From Octopus sinensis (taxonomy: Eukaryota): DNA of 64,000 nucleotides. The notes beneath the pieces were generated by a model. The model was not told the origin of the DNA. It made no database searches and saw only the letters and a list, made by a program, of their open reading frames with translations. Shown here one piece after another: positions 12,581 through 27,419 of this stretch. Within the stretch, counting starts at the first letter, position 1; the number at the start of each line of letters is the position of its first letter. Position numbers and translations under genes: made by a program. The stretch lies in NCBI RefSeq assembly GCF_006345805.1, contig NC_043001.1:86118001-86182000 (forward strand), read 5' to 3'.

Positions 12581-14190
12581 TATTAAAATCAAAATCTATG
12601 TCCTTATATTTACTCAGTTTTTTTAAGCGCTTTCAGTGATGTACTGTTGTTTTTGCTGTTGTTGTTGTTGTTGTTGCTGTTGTTGTTTTTATTATTGCTA
12701 TTATAAGGCGGTGAGCTGGTAGAATCGATAGCACCCTGAGTGAAATGCTTAGCGGTATTTCTGAGTTCAAATTCCGCTGAGGTCGACTTTGCCTTTCCAA
12801 GATCGATAAATTAAGTACCAGTGAAACACTGGAGTCGGTGTGATCAACTAGTCCCCTCCCCACAAATTTCAGGCCTTGTGCCTATAGTAGAAAGGATTAT
12901 TATTATTATTACGTTCTGAGTTCAAATTCCGCCGAGGTCCACTTTGCTTTTCATCCTTCTGGATCAATAAATTAAGAAACAGTTACACAATGGGAGTCGA
13001 TGTAATCGACTAGCCCCTCCTCCTCATTTTCAGGCCTTGTGTCTATAGCAGAAAGGATTATTACTATGATAATGGTTAATTTATAATCATTATTATTTTG
13101 GTGCTACTACATTGCACAATAGAGTGCTGCCCTCTGCATGCCTTGAGTACATGCAATTTTTTTTTCCACAGTTTTTATAGTATGAAAATCCATACTTAAT
13201 ATAAATACAGTGTCTAATACGGATGTCGTAATCAAAATTCTCTACGTAATAAGTAAGTAATGGTTTTTAGTACCATGGGCCCGTCAGTCCATCGCAGCGT
13301 TACTCAAGAAACAGGAAGAGAGAGTGAGAGAAAGTTCTGCCGGAGTCTCGTGGAGCTTTTAGTTGTTTTTGCTCAATAAACACACACAACGCCCGGTCTG
13401 GGAATCGAAACCGCGATCGTCTGACCGCGAGTCCGCTGCCATAACCATTGGGCCATTGCGCCTCCACCGTTCAACAATACATTTATATAATACATGTGCA
13501 ATGCGTGGTAGTTGTATTATCAGTATATTGCTTACGTTGTTTATATGTTTATATGTTATAAAGGGAATTGTTTCAGTGTTCAAACCCACATTCAGCTCAT
13601 ATGTATTATAACATCTTTATATGTGGATATTTTGCATTTGTATTTGATGTGAACTCTTGTGTTGTAATATATTTTATTGTAGCTCGGGAAAGTCATTTGC
13701 CAATAATAAACACGCGCACAGATCATATTTCATGTTTTTTTTTATATATATTTTTATATTTGTCAATTGGTTAACTATTTAACCGATCAAGCAATAAAGA
13801 CCCTACCGAAATATATAGTGAGTGTTTTCATTTTGCTTGAAGATATATCATTGCGTGTTGAGATTAAGACATCGATAAGGATGCTCTTCATTTACTTGTA
13901 TTCTTTTACAACAGTGGAAATGAAATGAAGAAAAGCATACATATTGTATAAGGTATGTGAACACGACACATGTAACATGCAGTCTTTCTGATACAGGAAA
14001 GCCTTTAACCAGAGTCAGTCAAGGAGCCTCACTGATCCAGATTCCCTTTTACCACCAGGGATACAAGCCATCACTCATCTGTTATTCCCCAATCTGTAGG
14101 CGCTATTTTCGCGTTGTTCTGCCCACCATCGTAATCATTTTTGCCACCATCACCTACATTTAGAGAAATTTGCGGAACTTGGAAAAGTCC

Positions 14191-14357
14191 TAGGCGTAGG
14201 AGTGGCTGTGTGGTAAGTAGCTTGCTTAAGAACCACATGGTTCCGGGTTCAGTCCCACTGCATGACACCAAGTGTCTTCTACTATAGCCTCGGGCCGACC
14301 AAAGCATTGTGAGTGGATTTGGTAGACAGGAACTGAAAGAAGCCCGTCGTATATATG

Positions 14358-14436
<79 letters not shown>

Positions 14437-14682
14437 ATATGTATGTATGTGTGTGTATAAGTTTGTGTGTTTGTGTTTGCCCCCACCCCACCCCCAACAT
14501 CGCTTGACAACCGATGCTGGTGTGTTTACGTCCCCGTAACTTAGCGGTTCCGTAAATAAGACCGATAGAATAAGTACTAAGCTTACAAAGAATAAGTCCT
14601 GGGGTCGATTTGCTCGACTAAAGGCGATGCTCCAGCATGGCCACAGTCAAATGACTGAAACAAGTAGAAGAGCAAAAGAGTA
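14191..14682 (+). mobile_element. Family A tRNA SINE, near full length, with internal (TA)n/(TATG)n
   Basis: TAGGCGTAGGAGTGGCTGTGTGGTAAG head; ..GACTGAAACAAGTAGAAGAG tail. Confidence 0.9.
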
Positions 14683-15304
14683 AATAGATGAGGATTTGAG
14701 ACAAGTGTACGATGTTGTCCTTCGGTCCTTTCAAGCGCATCCACGAATCAGCTGATTTTTCTTAGCTACTAGATAGATAAACAACGTTTACTCCACCTCG
14801 TAAAAGTGATGATAGAGTGATTCTCATGATGGACTCGGCCGATCGCCGTATTCCTTCTATACGCGACAACAGACGTTTGACGTGAATAGTTATAATAATA
14901 GTTTCAATTTTTGTCTCAAGGCCAGCAAGTACGGTGAAGCAGGTAAGTCGATTACATCAACACCAGTGTTTAATTGACACTTATTTTATCGACCCCGAAA
15001 GGATGAAAAGTAAAATCGACCTCACAACGTGGCGACGGACGAAATGCCGCTGATCAGTTCATCCGGTGAGCTAGCTCACCGCTTCAATAATCCTTTCTAC
15101 TATGGGCACAAGAGCTGAAATTTGGTGGGAGGTCACTAGTCGATTACGTCGACCCCAGTGCGTAAGTGGTATTTGTTTCATCGACCCCGAAAGGATGAAA
15201 GGTAAAGTCGACCTTGGCGGAATTTGAACTCAGAACATAACGACGGACGAAATGCCATTGAGCATTTTACCAGGCGTGCTAACGATTCTGCCAGCTCGCC
15301 GCCT

Positions 15305-15778
15305 TTGTTTTGTCTTGGTATAAAAGATGGGCTACAGCAAATACTCTACACAACACCACAAATTTGCTTGTCAGTTGTTTGACCTTAACCAGTTGACCAT
15401 GTCTCTTAGTGGCTGGTAATATGTGTATCTCTGACCACGAGCAGAACTGGGGGTGCATCATAGCCATGTGTTGAGAGAAATTCTTTGGGATTTGGGTAAT
15501 TCACCTCTGGGTATTTCGTTTAGCATCCTTAAACAACCATTATTCAGGGACCTTTTGAGTGGGACGGGCTAATCGGCCTGAAAAAAATTCTAACTGGATC
15601 CCTCCTGCAGGGTCATGTGCTGTGTATCTCGATACAAAATCACCATGTCGCGCACATATGGTGATGCATGTACCTGGTGTACCCTTATCAGACGGGCAGT
15701 CATGATGGGTATGCTAGGCTTCGTATATTTTACCTGCGTGTTACTTTCATGGCATGCACTGCTCACTCACTCAATATG
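15305..15778. mobile_element. (TAA)-associated dispersed repeat, copy 2
   Basis: Colinear with 23-551; one end lost at a CORE-SINE junction. Confidence 0.8.
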
Positions 15779-15877
15779 AATAATGAGACACATATAGCTA
15801 AGAAACAAAGTTCCTGCTACACAGACAAAACTGTGTCTAACAACAGAACTTATTGAAAAAAATATAAGAGGTAAGTA

Positions 15878-16389
15878 CTGTAAATCCTCGAGTATAGTTT
15901 GCCATTGAGTATAATACGCATGGGATTTTTAGGGGGCTGTACCTCTGAAAAACCTAAACCTTGTGTATAATACGCACCCCTTGTCTAACTTGAGTCAAGG
16001 AGGTCTGTATAACGTCTTTAGTTTGTAAAAATGTATACGATAACGTCCTTTATTATTATTGTATATATAACCTAATGCAAACGTGTAGCTTTTTTGTGCA
16101 TTTTGTTTGTAGAAAATAAAGAAATAACAGTAATAACGTTTAATAAATGTTGCTTACTGCAAGTTATGAATGATTCTTTTATGACTTCATTGCTTTCAAG
16201 CTTAGGTTAAGGTATTTTCGCGCCCGACATCACAAAATGCATCCGAATAAACATTGCCGGACAGCAAATAGAGACTCGGACATTGCCTAGAAAATAATTT
16301 TTATTTTTAACCTAGTATATAGTACGCTCTAGGGATTTTGGCCTTTAAATTTTGGGGAAAAAATGCGGATTATACTCGAGGATTTACGG
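15878..16389. mobile_element. Tc2/pogo-type non-autonomous DNA transposon (MITE)
   Basis: TA|CTGTAAATCCTCGAGTATA...TATACTCGAGGATTTACGG|TA; TA TSD; a solo end of the same family at 38986-39059. Confidence 0.85.
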
Positions 16390-17102
16390 TATATAACCAA
16401 CTTCCGAAAAATTCTAATTCATAATTAATATTAATTTGCATTTTATGTATATTTCATTTAGCGTAACAACAAGCAACTAATAAACGTTTCTTTGAGATCT
16501 TGTTAAATTTCTTTCCGATTTTTAAACAGAATATTTTTTAAAAGCGTAGTTTAGTTGTAATTTAAATTTATAGTTTTAACAACACCCAACTCGATTTCGG
16601 AGAGAAATAATGTTTTACCTCGTTTTTCTTTTTTTTTTTTTTTTTGTGCTATCAACTAATCTCATCTTCTAATATACTGCCAAGACTTTCTTCCACTGAA
16701 ATCAGTGTGGGGTGGGCCCTCGGAATCCTCCACTCACCTCGTTTTTTTTTTGTTTCGTGTTTTTTTTTTTTTTTTTACGTGTGCTATCAACTAATCTCGG
16801 CTTCCAGTATACTGCACGTGAAGTTGACAACACCATTCATTCTCGAAAGAGAAATGCAACCGAGACGGAAAACGGGACGTTGTTTTGGTGATAACGAGAA
16901 GCTGGAGGAGCCATGATGTGTAATACCACCACACATTCGTGGGTTAACGAATGAGTGTAGGTGAGATGAAACAGCGACAGACAGTTGTTTAAACAGATGT
17001 CTCGTAGACGTTTGGTGATACAATCTGCTAACATATGGTCGATTTGCTCAATATAGAAGAGAGCCCTTCATTTTCAACTCTCTCTCTCTCTCTCTCTTTC
17101 TT

Positions 17103-17139
<37 letters not shown>

Positions 17140-17261
17140 TTCTCATTTTCTATTTTTCGTTTTCTTCCTCCTTTCTCATGTGTCTACATTTCTTTATCTC
17201 TCTTTCAAACTTTATGTTTCATGTATTCTTTCTAATTATCAAACTTATGTATTTGTTGCAG

Positions 17262-17494
17262 AAATAGGAGCTGGCCTGGTTGTTGCTGTAATCCTGGGAG
17301 TCTGTTGCTTCGTCTTAGTTGCTATCTTCATAGTCTGCCTCATGCGTCGGCGTCAACTACAATCTATAAGTTACAAAAGGTTCACAGATATCACGGCTCA
17401 GCCGAGCATTGTACCACCAGAATCTCATTTCCCTACTATTGCAGCACATGCTCTCAGACAAGAAGACCCAGCAAGAACGAATGACCTTTTATAA
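17262..17494 (+). CDS. Terminal coding exon: transmembrane helix plus cytoplasmic tail
   Basis: ttgttgcAG|AA, phase 1 matches the 4936 donor; IGAGLVVAVILGVCCFVLVAIFIVCLM-RRR (TM plus stop-transfer), tail with YKRF, ends NDLL-TAA. An undetected phase 1-1 exon in the 12.3-kb intron cannot be excluded. Confidence 0.8.
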
Positions 17495-18551
17495 GAAAAA
17501 AAATATACAAAAGGGAAACGAAAAAGAAAGCAGGAACAAGATATCAAAATAAAAGACAATAATAACAATAATAATATTAACAATAATAATAATAATAAGA
17601 TTGATTTTTTACATATTGATAATAACATAACTTTGATATTAACAACATCATCACATTTATCTTTGTGCATTGGGATAGCTTTTTATTTTTTGTGTATGCA
17701 TGTGGAGGTTTATACGACTACGTGTATGTTTTCTAATTAGGTACGTGTGAGTGGTGTATATCCCTGAATGAGTGCCTCTGTGTTAGCGCTAATATATGAG
17801 AATATGCTTTTTATGTGGAGATCAACAAGAATGGATGCTTAAACGTTAATATCTAAGATGTGATGGATGAATGATATGGTTATATGATAAGGTTATATCA
17901 ATTGGAAAATGGGTACATTCCCATTGAAGTTTTTATATGCCAATGAGTTATTGCGGGATTCCTAAATTTATCCGTTTACCATAACACACACACACACACT
18001 ATCACCGCCACCACCACCAATACATAAGCATATATGTACATTAGATTAAGCGCGTGGTATAGGTAATGCTTACATTATAGATTTACTTCTTTTGCATAAT
18101 CTTAATCAATCTATATACCAACCTACATACATACATACATACATACATACATACATACATACATACATACATACATACATACATACTTACATACAACGCA
18201 GGGATGCTGTAGAACAGCAGAAATATTGGGTAAATTACCCTTACAAAGCGGAAAAGGTTGTCAGCAAATCTTTGCTTATATTTAGATACACGTCATTGTA
18301 CATTTAGCTTTATAGCGTCTAAAACTTCGGATTAATTCGGGAAGTTTAGCTTAATGGTAAAACACTTGGCCTGAGTCTTTAATGGATGTGGATTCATGAC
18401 CCATAGCTGTTTGTTGATAAACTTTTCCGCTTCGTAAGGGTAATTTTTCTAATATTCCTGCTGTTCTAACGGCGTTTCTGCGTTCGAAAATAAATTATCA
18501 TCTTATTTGTATCGTACAATATACATTTCGATGCTTACTAATTTGGTAATG

Positions 18552-18600
<49 letters not shown>

Positions 18601-18601
18601 T

Positions 18602-18665
<64 letters not shown>

Positions 18666-20914
18666 TATATATATATATATGTTTCAAAAATTTAACAAAA
18701 ACACAACAAACTAAAATTTCACAAAAGAATATAAACAAAAAACCTCGTAGCTAATTCCTCATCAGTCAACGTCCAAACGATCATTACAATTTCACGCCTT
18801 TGACGTTAATATTGTTCACTTTTGGAGGAGCCAGTAGCAAAAACCTCACTGGAAATAGCTCATGAACATACAGGACAATGCCAAAAACAAACACGGCTAA
18901 ATAAAATATACAATATACATATACAACAAAAAAGTTGTGCGGCCGCAAGACAGACAAATGTGTGTGCGTGTGTGTGTGTATTCAATCTCACATTTATTTG
19001 AGTCAATATTATAACAGTAAATATGATGACTTACTTTCTGTGACAGGAAGGGTCCTAAATTAACAGCCCTACTGGATTCTTAAATAACAGTATTATGGTG
19101 ACATTTGGTATTATGCGTGTTTGTCCTTATATGAGAGGGTATTGGTGGCGGGAAAATGAAACAGAGAGAGAGGGGGGGAATAGAAAATCTTATGTTCCGC
19201 CTAAGACACTGGGAATATCATTGATTATTACTTCAAACTAATGTCTCCAAGATTCAAACTCAGTTCTACAAGGTAACAGAGCAGTCAATTCTCATAGTCC
19301 TCTTGCTCTTTAATCTCATGATCTCCACCACCTAACTGATCTTAGTCACAGCTATGGAATATACACTGCATGACAGCCTGGTACGCTGCTATGTTACCAA
19401 TTTAAACATTTACGAATTCACACCAGGTAAGATGTTGCTGATATCTACATACAAACTAGTTTTAGGTTACACGCGATGAAATTAGTTTACAAACAAACAT
19501 AAATCAGTTTGCCTATGTGTAAGCTAATCTGCTTTTATTCCTGTATCTCGGTATCATGAAATTTCATGCAGATATGCACATCTCAAACCATAAGTTTGAA
19601 TATCTTCAATGAATTCGGAAAATACGGGTTGTTTGTTTCCAAGCAGTATTTATTGGCTATAACTGTATGCATGCATATATATGAGTTTTCATTATGTTTG
19701 TAAAATATGAGTATTTGTGTGTAAGTATGTATGACGGTCTGTATTTGTGTGTGCAGAGTATTCCATTGATAAATTTCAGATTCAGTTTTTAAGATCCATT
19801 CTTTGTGTCTTTATTTCTGTGGATTGCCTTTGAGGCAAATAAAGAAGCCATCATTTGTTATGGACAGTTTTAAGTGCGAGATGGATTGGGTAAAAATAAG
19901 GACTTGACGCGCTAGAATAACCTCCATACGCTTATTCCGCCTTGTCACTGTTCTAAGATAAACTTTTCACATCTAAACCTAGTAAAAAAATAACTTTACT
20001 CCAGTTGGACTACCACTCATAAATTTCATGATCAAATAACTGAAACTAAAATCGCTATTATGTACAGTTCAAATATTTCTAGAAGCCTTTGAGGGTTAAT
20101 TATTCGGTTTAAGCTACTAACGTAATATCTCATACGCCGAGGGGTAAATATGCTAAAATAATAACCTCAACTTTACGAATAAGCAACAAGACAGATTGGT
20201 TTAACGTTGAATCAGGTTAATGGCACTAAGCTGAGAATTTTCCAGTTTAGAGAATTTTTAAAAAGAGAAGCGCATTTTAACGTGGTGTTTTTTTCCATTG
20301 GTTTTCTCCTTCTTTAAGTACTTGCGAAGGTTTATAAAATTTTTCTAAAATGATTATTTCAAAAACTATTTTATGAATACGTATATTTATAGCATTTTAA
20401 AAATTGAAGTAAATTTGTAAGCAGCCAAAGCAATAAAATTGATATACTTAGGAAAGAAACCGTTATCCAAGAAAAAGAATGTGATCAAATATGTTGAGAA
20501 TCTGTTAAAAAACATAATAATTACAGCATTTTCGAAGTGTGACAATTCTTTTCTTTTCCCAACACATAAATTTATACCGTTTTAAACATTATTTAATAGA
20601 TTTTCTTCAACGTAGAGCATCATTACTTTTCTAGAACTTTCAAGTTTGGCTTCTCTTTGAATTGTTTCAGTCACTGGAATGTGTTGATGCTGAGGTAGTG
20701 CTATGAAGAATTTAGTCGAACAAATCAACTCCAGTAATTATTTTTAAAGTCCATGATTTATTCCATCGGCCTCTTGGAACCGCTAACGGAACAAACCAAC
20801 ACCGGTTATCAATTGGTGGCGGTGGCGGTGGTGGTGGTGGTGGCGGTGGCGGTGGTGGTGGTGGTGGTTGTGGGATAAGCACAAGCACAAAGACACAAAT
20901 CTGTCTATATATAT

Positions 20915-21329
20915 ACTCTTTTACTCTTTTACTTGTTTCAGTCATTTGACTGCGGCCATGCTGGAGCAGCGCCTTTAGTTGAGCAACTCGACCCCGGGAC
21001 TTATTCTTTGTAAGCCCAGTACATATTCTATCGGTTTCTTTTTGCCGAACCGCTAAGTGACGGGGACATAAACACACCAGCATTGGTTGTCAAGCAATGC
21101 TAGGGGGACAGACACAGACACACAAACATACATGCACACATATATATATATATATATATACATATATAAGACTTCTTTCAGTTTCCGTCTACCAATTCTA
21201 CTCACAAGTCTTTGGTCGGCCCGAGGCTATAGTAGAAGACACTTGCCCAACGTGCCACGCAGTGGGACTGAACCCGGAACCATGTGGTTGGTAGGCAAGC
21301 TACTTACCACACAGCCACTCCTGCACCTA
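20915..21329 (-). mobile_element. Family A tRNA SINE
   Basis: Full head-to-tail match to 14191-14682. Confidence 0.9.
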
Positions 21330-21370
21330 TATATATATATATATATTTCTAGCAATACACACATACGCGC

Positions 21371-21434
<64 letters not shown>

Positions 21435-21447
21435 ATGTATATATATA

Positions 21448-22708
21448 CGAGGTAGTACGAAGAATTTTCCGGATTAGTCATGTTTAATAAAAAATAACTT
21501 ATTTACCTAAGTTTTAACATCTCCTTCCAAATAGTCAGCTTGCTCAGCAATACACCGCTCTCAGCGTTTCTAGCACTTTTGGAATCCGGCCTAAAAGGCG
21601 TTTTGCGCCAGTAAATCGACAACTTTCAGCGATTCGTTCTGGATCTCGACAACGGTGTTACATCAGCTACCTTTGAGCCGCCATTTTATCTTGGGGAAGA
21701 GATGGAAGTCCGCAAGTGGTAAATCTGGCCAACAGGGCTGGTGTCGAAGCGATAACATGTTGTTTGGAGCGAGTAACTCAGGAGTGAGGAGAACTCGGTG
21801 ATATGGTGCATTATCGACGTTAAGAATCCGACTCTTCGTGCTCCACAGATCCTCTTTCAGACGTTTCAAACATGACAGTAGAATTCTCGATTGACGATAT
21901 GGCCCTGGAGGACTAATTCTCGATGCACAATACTGCAGCTGTGGAAAAACATGATAAGCATGCCCTTGATTGAGTTGCGGATTTGTCGTGCCTTATAAAA
22001 GGTTCTTCCATTGTGACGACTGCTGCTTCGTCTAAGGGTCGTACCCGTAGACCCAACTCTCGTCACCGATGATGATCCTCGATATGAAGAATGGGTCATC
22101 AGCTTTACGCTGACGGATATCTTGGTAGATATCGACACGATGTTCATTCTGCTCAGTGGTCAGCAGGCGGGGAAAAATTTGGCAGAGACACATGGCATGT
22201 TCTGTTCAGCCGTTAGGATTGCCTGTACGGACCTATACGACAGACCATGAACATCAGCAACGTCGTTGATTGTCCTTCGACGATCTTCATGCAGAAGCTG
22301 GTAAATTTTCTCCTCATTTCCGGGGGGACGCTCGTGGCAGGTCTTCGAAATTCCTCATTGTCTTCCAGGGACATTCTTCCGCTTTTGAAGCGCACGTGTC
22401 ATTCCAAACATTGCATACGATCCATTGCCTTGATGGTGTAATCTTGCCGATGCATGCTCAGTGTCTCAGACTTCCCAAGTTTAACGAAAAATTTCTCGTT
22501 GGCTCTTTGTTCCAACTTCCTCTCCAGGACAAAATCACAAACTACAGCATACACGTGATCATAAAAACAAAAATTTCACAAGTGAAAACAATGATGTTAC
22601 TCAGCATACTGCCTTATGACAGTCACTGCTAGCTCCTACTGTGCACACAAACGTGTGCTGACATCTTTGGCGCACTACAGAAATAGTCCGAGAACTTTTT
22701 GATACCAC

Positions 22709-22712
<4 letters not shown>
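21448..22712 (-). mobile_element. Near full-length degenerate mariner (D,D34D-type) transposon inserted in (TA)n
   Basis: Imperfect TIRs CGAGGTAGTACGAAGAATTTTCCGGA / TCCGAGAACTTTTTGATACCACCTCA with TA flanks; frameshifted transposase fragments LEQRA..KF.VKLGKS, FKSGRMSLED and DNAPYH...PCWPDLPLADFHLFPKIKWRLKG. Confidence 0.92.
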
Positions 22713-22750
<38 letters not shown>

Positions 22751-23439
22751 ATATACATATATATATATACATATATACATATACATACATATATAAATGT
22801 CTTTGTGCGTGTGTATTTATATATGCATGTTTATGTGTGTATATCTATCTACATACATACATACATACATACATACATACATACATACATACATACATAC
22901 ATACATACATACATACACAGTTTCTATCTATCAAATTTGTTCACAAGGCATTTAATGACCTGAGTCTTGAGTAGAAGACACTTGGTGACGTTTCCATGCA
23001 GTGGGACTGGGCCCAAAACCACATGATTCCAAAGCGAATTTTGTTTTGTTTTGTTTTGTTTTATCAAGCCACATGAAGATCCCATACATTATGGGATCAT
23101 ATATGTGAATATCATAAGTTCTTGCATTTTGAGCAAAAGATGAAACATTGCATTATCTTATGCTTGTTTTTACCTAAAAGAACTGGGGTTGCGTCTTATA
23201 CACACGGAGTACAGTTTAAATGTCTAAGGGGAAAATGTGGACTAAGATTTAGTAGAGCCATTTATACACGAATGTGGTATATAGGAGTAAATATAGCTAT
23301 TGATCACAGAATATTCATGTCACCTCTTGCAAATAAAACTTTCTAGTTACATATATTAACCATAGTCTAAGAGATTTTATATTACATAACATATTTGGCA
23401 CAAATAATTACCTTATGTTCTCTGAAGATGGAGTTACAA

Positions 23440-25860
23440 GATGAGCTAAATAACTGTCGATTAGAAAAGTTGAGATATCAGAAATGCGGTTATATAAGAG
23501 GAACTTGGTTACAAACTGACTGGATCAAATGAAAGCCTTCAATTCTGTTCCCCATTCGTGGATGCAAGAGTCCCTTCGACTTGTGAAAGTTCCGGATACT
23601 TTCATTAAGGCCATAGACAACTTGATTTTGTCCTGGACAACGTTTCTGAGGTTACATGTGGGATATGGTTCCTTTGTCATTGATTGGCTACACTATCGTA
23701 GGAACATATAGCAGAGCAACAGTCCTTTTGAAATACTGTTTTATGCTTCCATTAAATACCTTTCCTTTGCTATGAGGAAATCTGAAGGAGAAAAGATTGG
23801 CCCACAGAAAGGTAGAAACACCAGCGCATTTGTAAACGGTCTGGAAATATATGCAAATAATATAGATATGGGTGAAAACGCAATGGCCCATTGGTTAGGG
23901 CAGCGGACACGCGGTCGGGGGATTGCGGTTTCGATTCCCAGACCGAGCGTTGTGTGCGTTTATTGAGCGAAAACGCCTAAAGCTCCACGAGGATCCGGCA
24001 GGGGGTGGTGGCGAACCCTGCTGTACCCTTTCGCCCCAACTTTCTCTAACTCTTTCTTCCTGTTTCTTGAGTAACGCTGCGATGGACTGGCGTCCCGTCC
24101 AGCTGGGGGGAACACATACGCCATAGAAACCGGGAAACTGGGCCCATTAACCTGGCTAAGCTTGGAAAGGGCGGAACAATATGGATATGAATGAAAGACT
24201 TGCCCTAGTTATGATATTTTTAAACAATGTAGGAATAGACTTTGACCAGGATAAATATTATATGTCTGTAAACAGGTGATATACGAGAACATCTGGTAAC
24301 GTTTCTCTTTGTGGTCTCAGCATTTCTCCGATTTTGAAAGCGAAGTGCCACAAATAGTCGTGGATGCATGAAAATACTCCGTATGATGGGATCTCTAACA
24401 AGGATCTTATAACTAGGGAATAGAATATCGGCAAGCAAAAATAGAGCCCTTAGAACTTTCCGTTAATAATGATTTAACAGCTGATAATGCGTTTACTGTA
24501 CCAGTACTCATACAAAAATTCGAGCTGTTTGACATCATTATCGTTGTCATCAATTCTTTTCTTTTGCGCCCTTTTCAAGCCTAGCAGGCTCATGGGCCCG
24601 ATTTCCTGGCGTATGTGTTCCCCCCTGCTGGACATGACGCCAGTCTATCGCAGCGTTACTCAAGAAACAGGAAGAATGAGTGAGAGAAAGTTGGGGCCAA
24701 AGACTACAACAGGGTCACCACCACCCCCCTGCCGGAGCCTCGTGGACTTCTAGGTGTTTTCGATCAATAGACACACACAAGGTCCGGTCTGGGAATCGAA
24801 ACCGTGATCCTCCGACCGCGAGTCCGCTGCCCTAACCACTGGGCTATTGCGCCTCTGTTGTCAACAGTGTCTCTATGTAAAATGAAAATAGATTCAAACA
24901 GCCATTGAATATTGCATTATATTCTTTCGACACCAAATCGCTGAAGCACCAAACGTCGAAATCAAACCATGAATTACGTGTACACATAGAAAGCCGATAA
25001 AATCATTAAGTAGGGAAGGAGTTTCTCAGACAGTAATCCCTGATCAATTTCCAGTGGCATGTTTCCAGAGATACTATACAACTCTACCGCAACAGATCAC
25101 CAGAAACGAAGCTGTATACAAACCAGCAAAAGTTCATACATAGATATATTTCCGAAAATTTCAAAGCGGCAGCTCCGTTGGTAACCAGTGTAATCTATTC
25201 TGGACTAACAACAGGGATATTAGCTCTTACTTTGATGAGTAAGCTTTTGCAATATAGAACTAGGAAATAATAGCGAACTGCCTGATGACCCAAATGGTAA
25301 GGGATTAAGACAAACTATTTAGATACGAGGACCGTAGATTTAATACTAATCATGCCATCTGCATCATAAAATCTGTCCGATAATGTCATCACGATGTGAT
25401 GTCATGGTTAAAATATTATATAACGAAGTCGAAAGAAAGAGCAATTTTCTGGCTTTTAATATAAGAAACTAAAGTAATGCTAGAATACTGGTAAAATGTT
25501 CCTGCCAAAACTTCGAAAACATGGAAGTATAACAGACTAGGCATAATGATCTGGAAACAGGGGTCGGAGTGGAATTATTCCTTGTAGTTGACTAGAAGAT
25601 ACTAATATTTAAGACGAATGAGAAAGAAAACATCTGTGTCGAACTGATGAAAAATCAATGGTTATCGAATTAGTGGTAATTCATTGACGACTATAACTTT
25701 AGACTGCTACTTATAAATATAGGTACACTTAGCTACATGACTAAACTGACTCAACAGCAGACTTAAGAACCTTGGTTTCATAAAACCGGGTAAGACACGC
25801 CTGATCAAGATAATGCAGCTACAAGCTATCAAGTGTACTGTTAAAAAGGAATAGTATGGA
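23440..25860 (+). mobile_element. Old, heavily degenerate R4/Dong-like LINE (RT to RLE) interrupted by two SINEs
   Basis: MKAFNSVPHSWMQESLRLVKVPD (RT motif), FVNGLEIYA (YxDD region), later IGTL and MQLQAI (RLE end); OR1-like SINEs at about 23872-24170 (+) and 24565-24856 (-). Confidence 0.7.
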
Positions 25861-26530
25861 GTAAGACCCGCATATAAAATAACATCCATATTTTCATCCA
25901 TGTAGGCTTGGAGAAATTCCTCAAAGAAATACCGGAGAAACCACAGGTATCTGGATACATCTCGGCAAACAGAAACTCCCTACTTGAGTAAACAATAATA
26001 TCCTAAAACATGACTAGACATCTTTAACTTAATAGCACCCCAGGTGGAGCTATTAAGTTGGACATGGCCTGGGCCAGCAATAACGTAACTTATCAAAGTT
26101 ATATGCAGATGTTGCCTTCATGTTAATATGCATTGCTATTTGCCCAAGGCGGTAAAAGCATCTTCCACTTTCTGGTATGACCTGACCTCGTTAACACGAC
26201 GAAAACAATACTGCTTATCTTAAAAGCAGGAACTTTTCTAGGACGTTGGATAGCAGGAAGTTGGAATCTCAGGCCAAACTTTTTGCGGTTTTTATCACGT
26301 CATATACAAACCTTTTTCCTGCGATCGATGAAATAACTTCCATACACAATAAAAATTAGCTTGAACACGGAACATTTAGTTCTAAGCTCCTTAAATTACT
26401 GGGTATACGTTCGGTTGATCATGTTACAATATATATATATATATATATATACATACTTTTATTTGTTTCAGTCATCTGACCAGCGATGTGTAGCAACATT
26501 TGATAGTCTGGTCGGTAACGGTATCACGGT

Positions 26531-26605
<75 letters not shown>

Positions 26606-27375
26606 ATATAGATTTGTGTTGTAAGATTCCTGGTGTGAACTTTTAGCCGCTGCGCGGTGATGGAATATTGGTTTTCAAAGATGGTACTCCAACATGGCTG
26701 CAGTCAAATGACTAAAACAAATAAAACCATAATTTTTTTTAAAAAAACAATGAACACGTAAGCAGTCACAAGTTGCCCATATGCGACACAACTAGTACAG
26801 TACGAGGGGAGGCAACTTTTCTTTACTTCTAACAGAAAGGATTATTTTTATTTGATTTATATTGTTTTGCTCTTCACCATCAACTTCGCAAAGATTATCT
26901 ATTTATATTCAGCATTACAGAGACTGTGTGCTTTCGGTTATCGTGTTAGATGAGTAGCTAGTATTGACAAGTGTAATGATAAGCATAAAATAATTGTTCG
27001 TGCGTAGCCTCAACATATCCGATCACAGATACAGAAGAGGAGATAACCACTCCAAAATGCATGCATCAAAAGTCTGGCCAGAGAAAGTTGCGAAGTGATT
27101 CGCTGCGTTTACATCTTTCCTTCAAAATGCAGTGAGTGGCTTTCTTGCGGGTTCGAATATACCTCAAGCATATTTGAACTGATAGCAACTTTGCATTTAT
27201 ACAAAATAAAGAGTAACTTTATTCGGAGTTGTATGCCATAGCCAACGATACACTGCTCGACAAAATAAAAATATACCTACCTACCTACATACATACATAC
27301 ATACATACATACATACATACATACATACATAAACGCAGGCACATACACACACCATACACATACACATACACATAC

Positions 27376-27416
<41 letters not shown>

Positions 27417-27419
<3 letters not shown>

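Noticed and set aside
26018-26056. Hairpin AACTTAATAGC...GCTATTAAGTT as a Helitron 3' end or terminator
   Set aside because: No downstream CTRR end and no associated element recognised; isolated palindrome.
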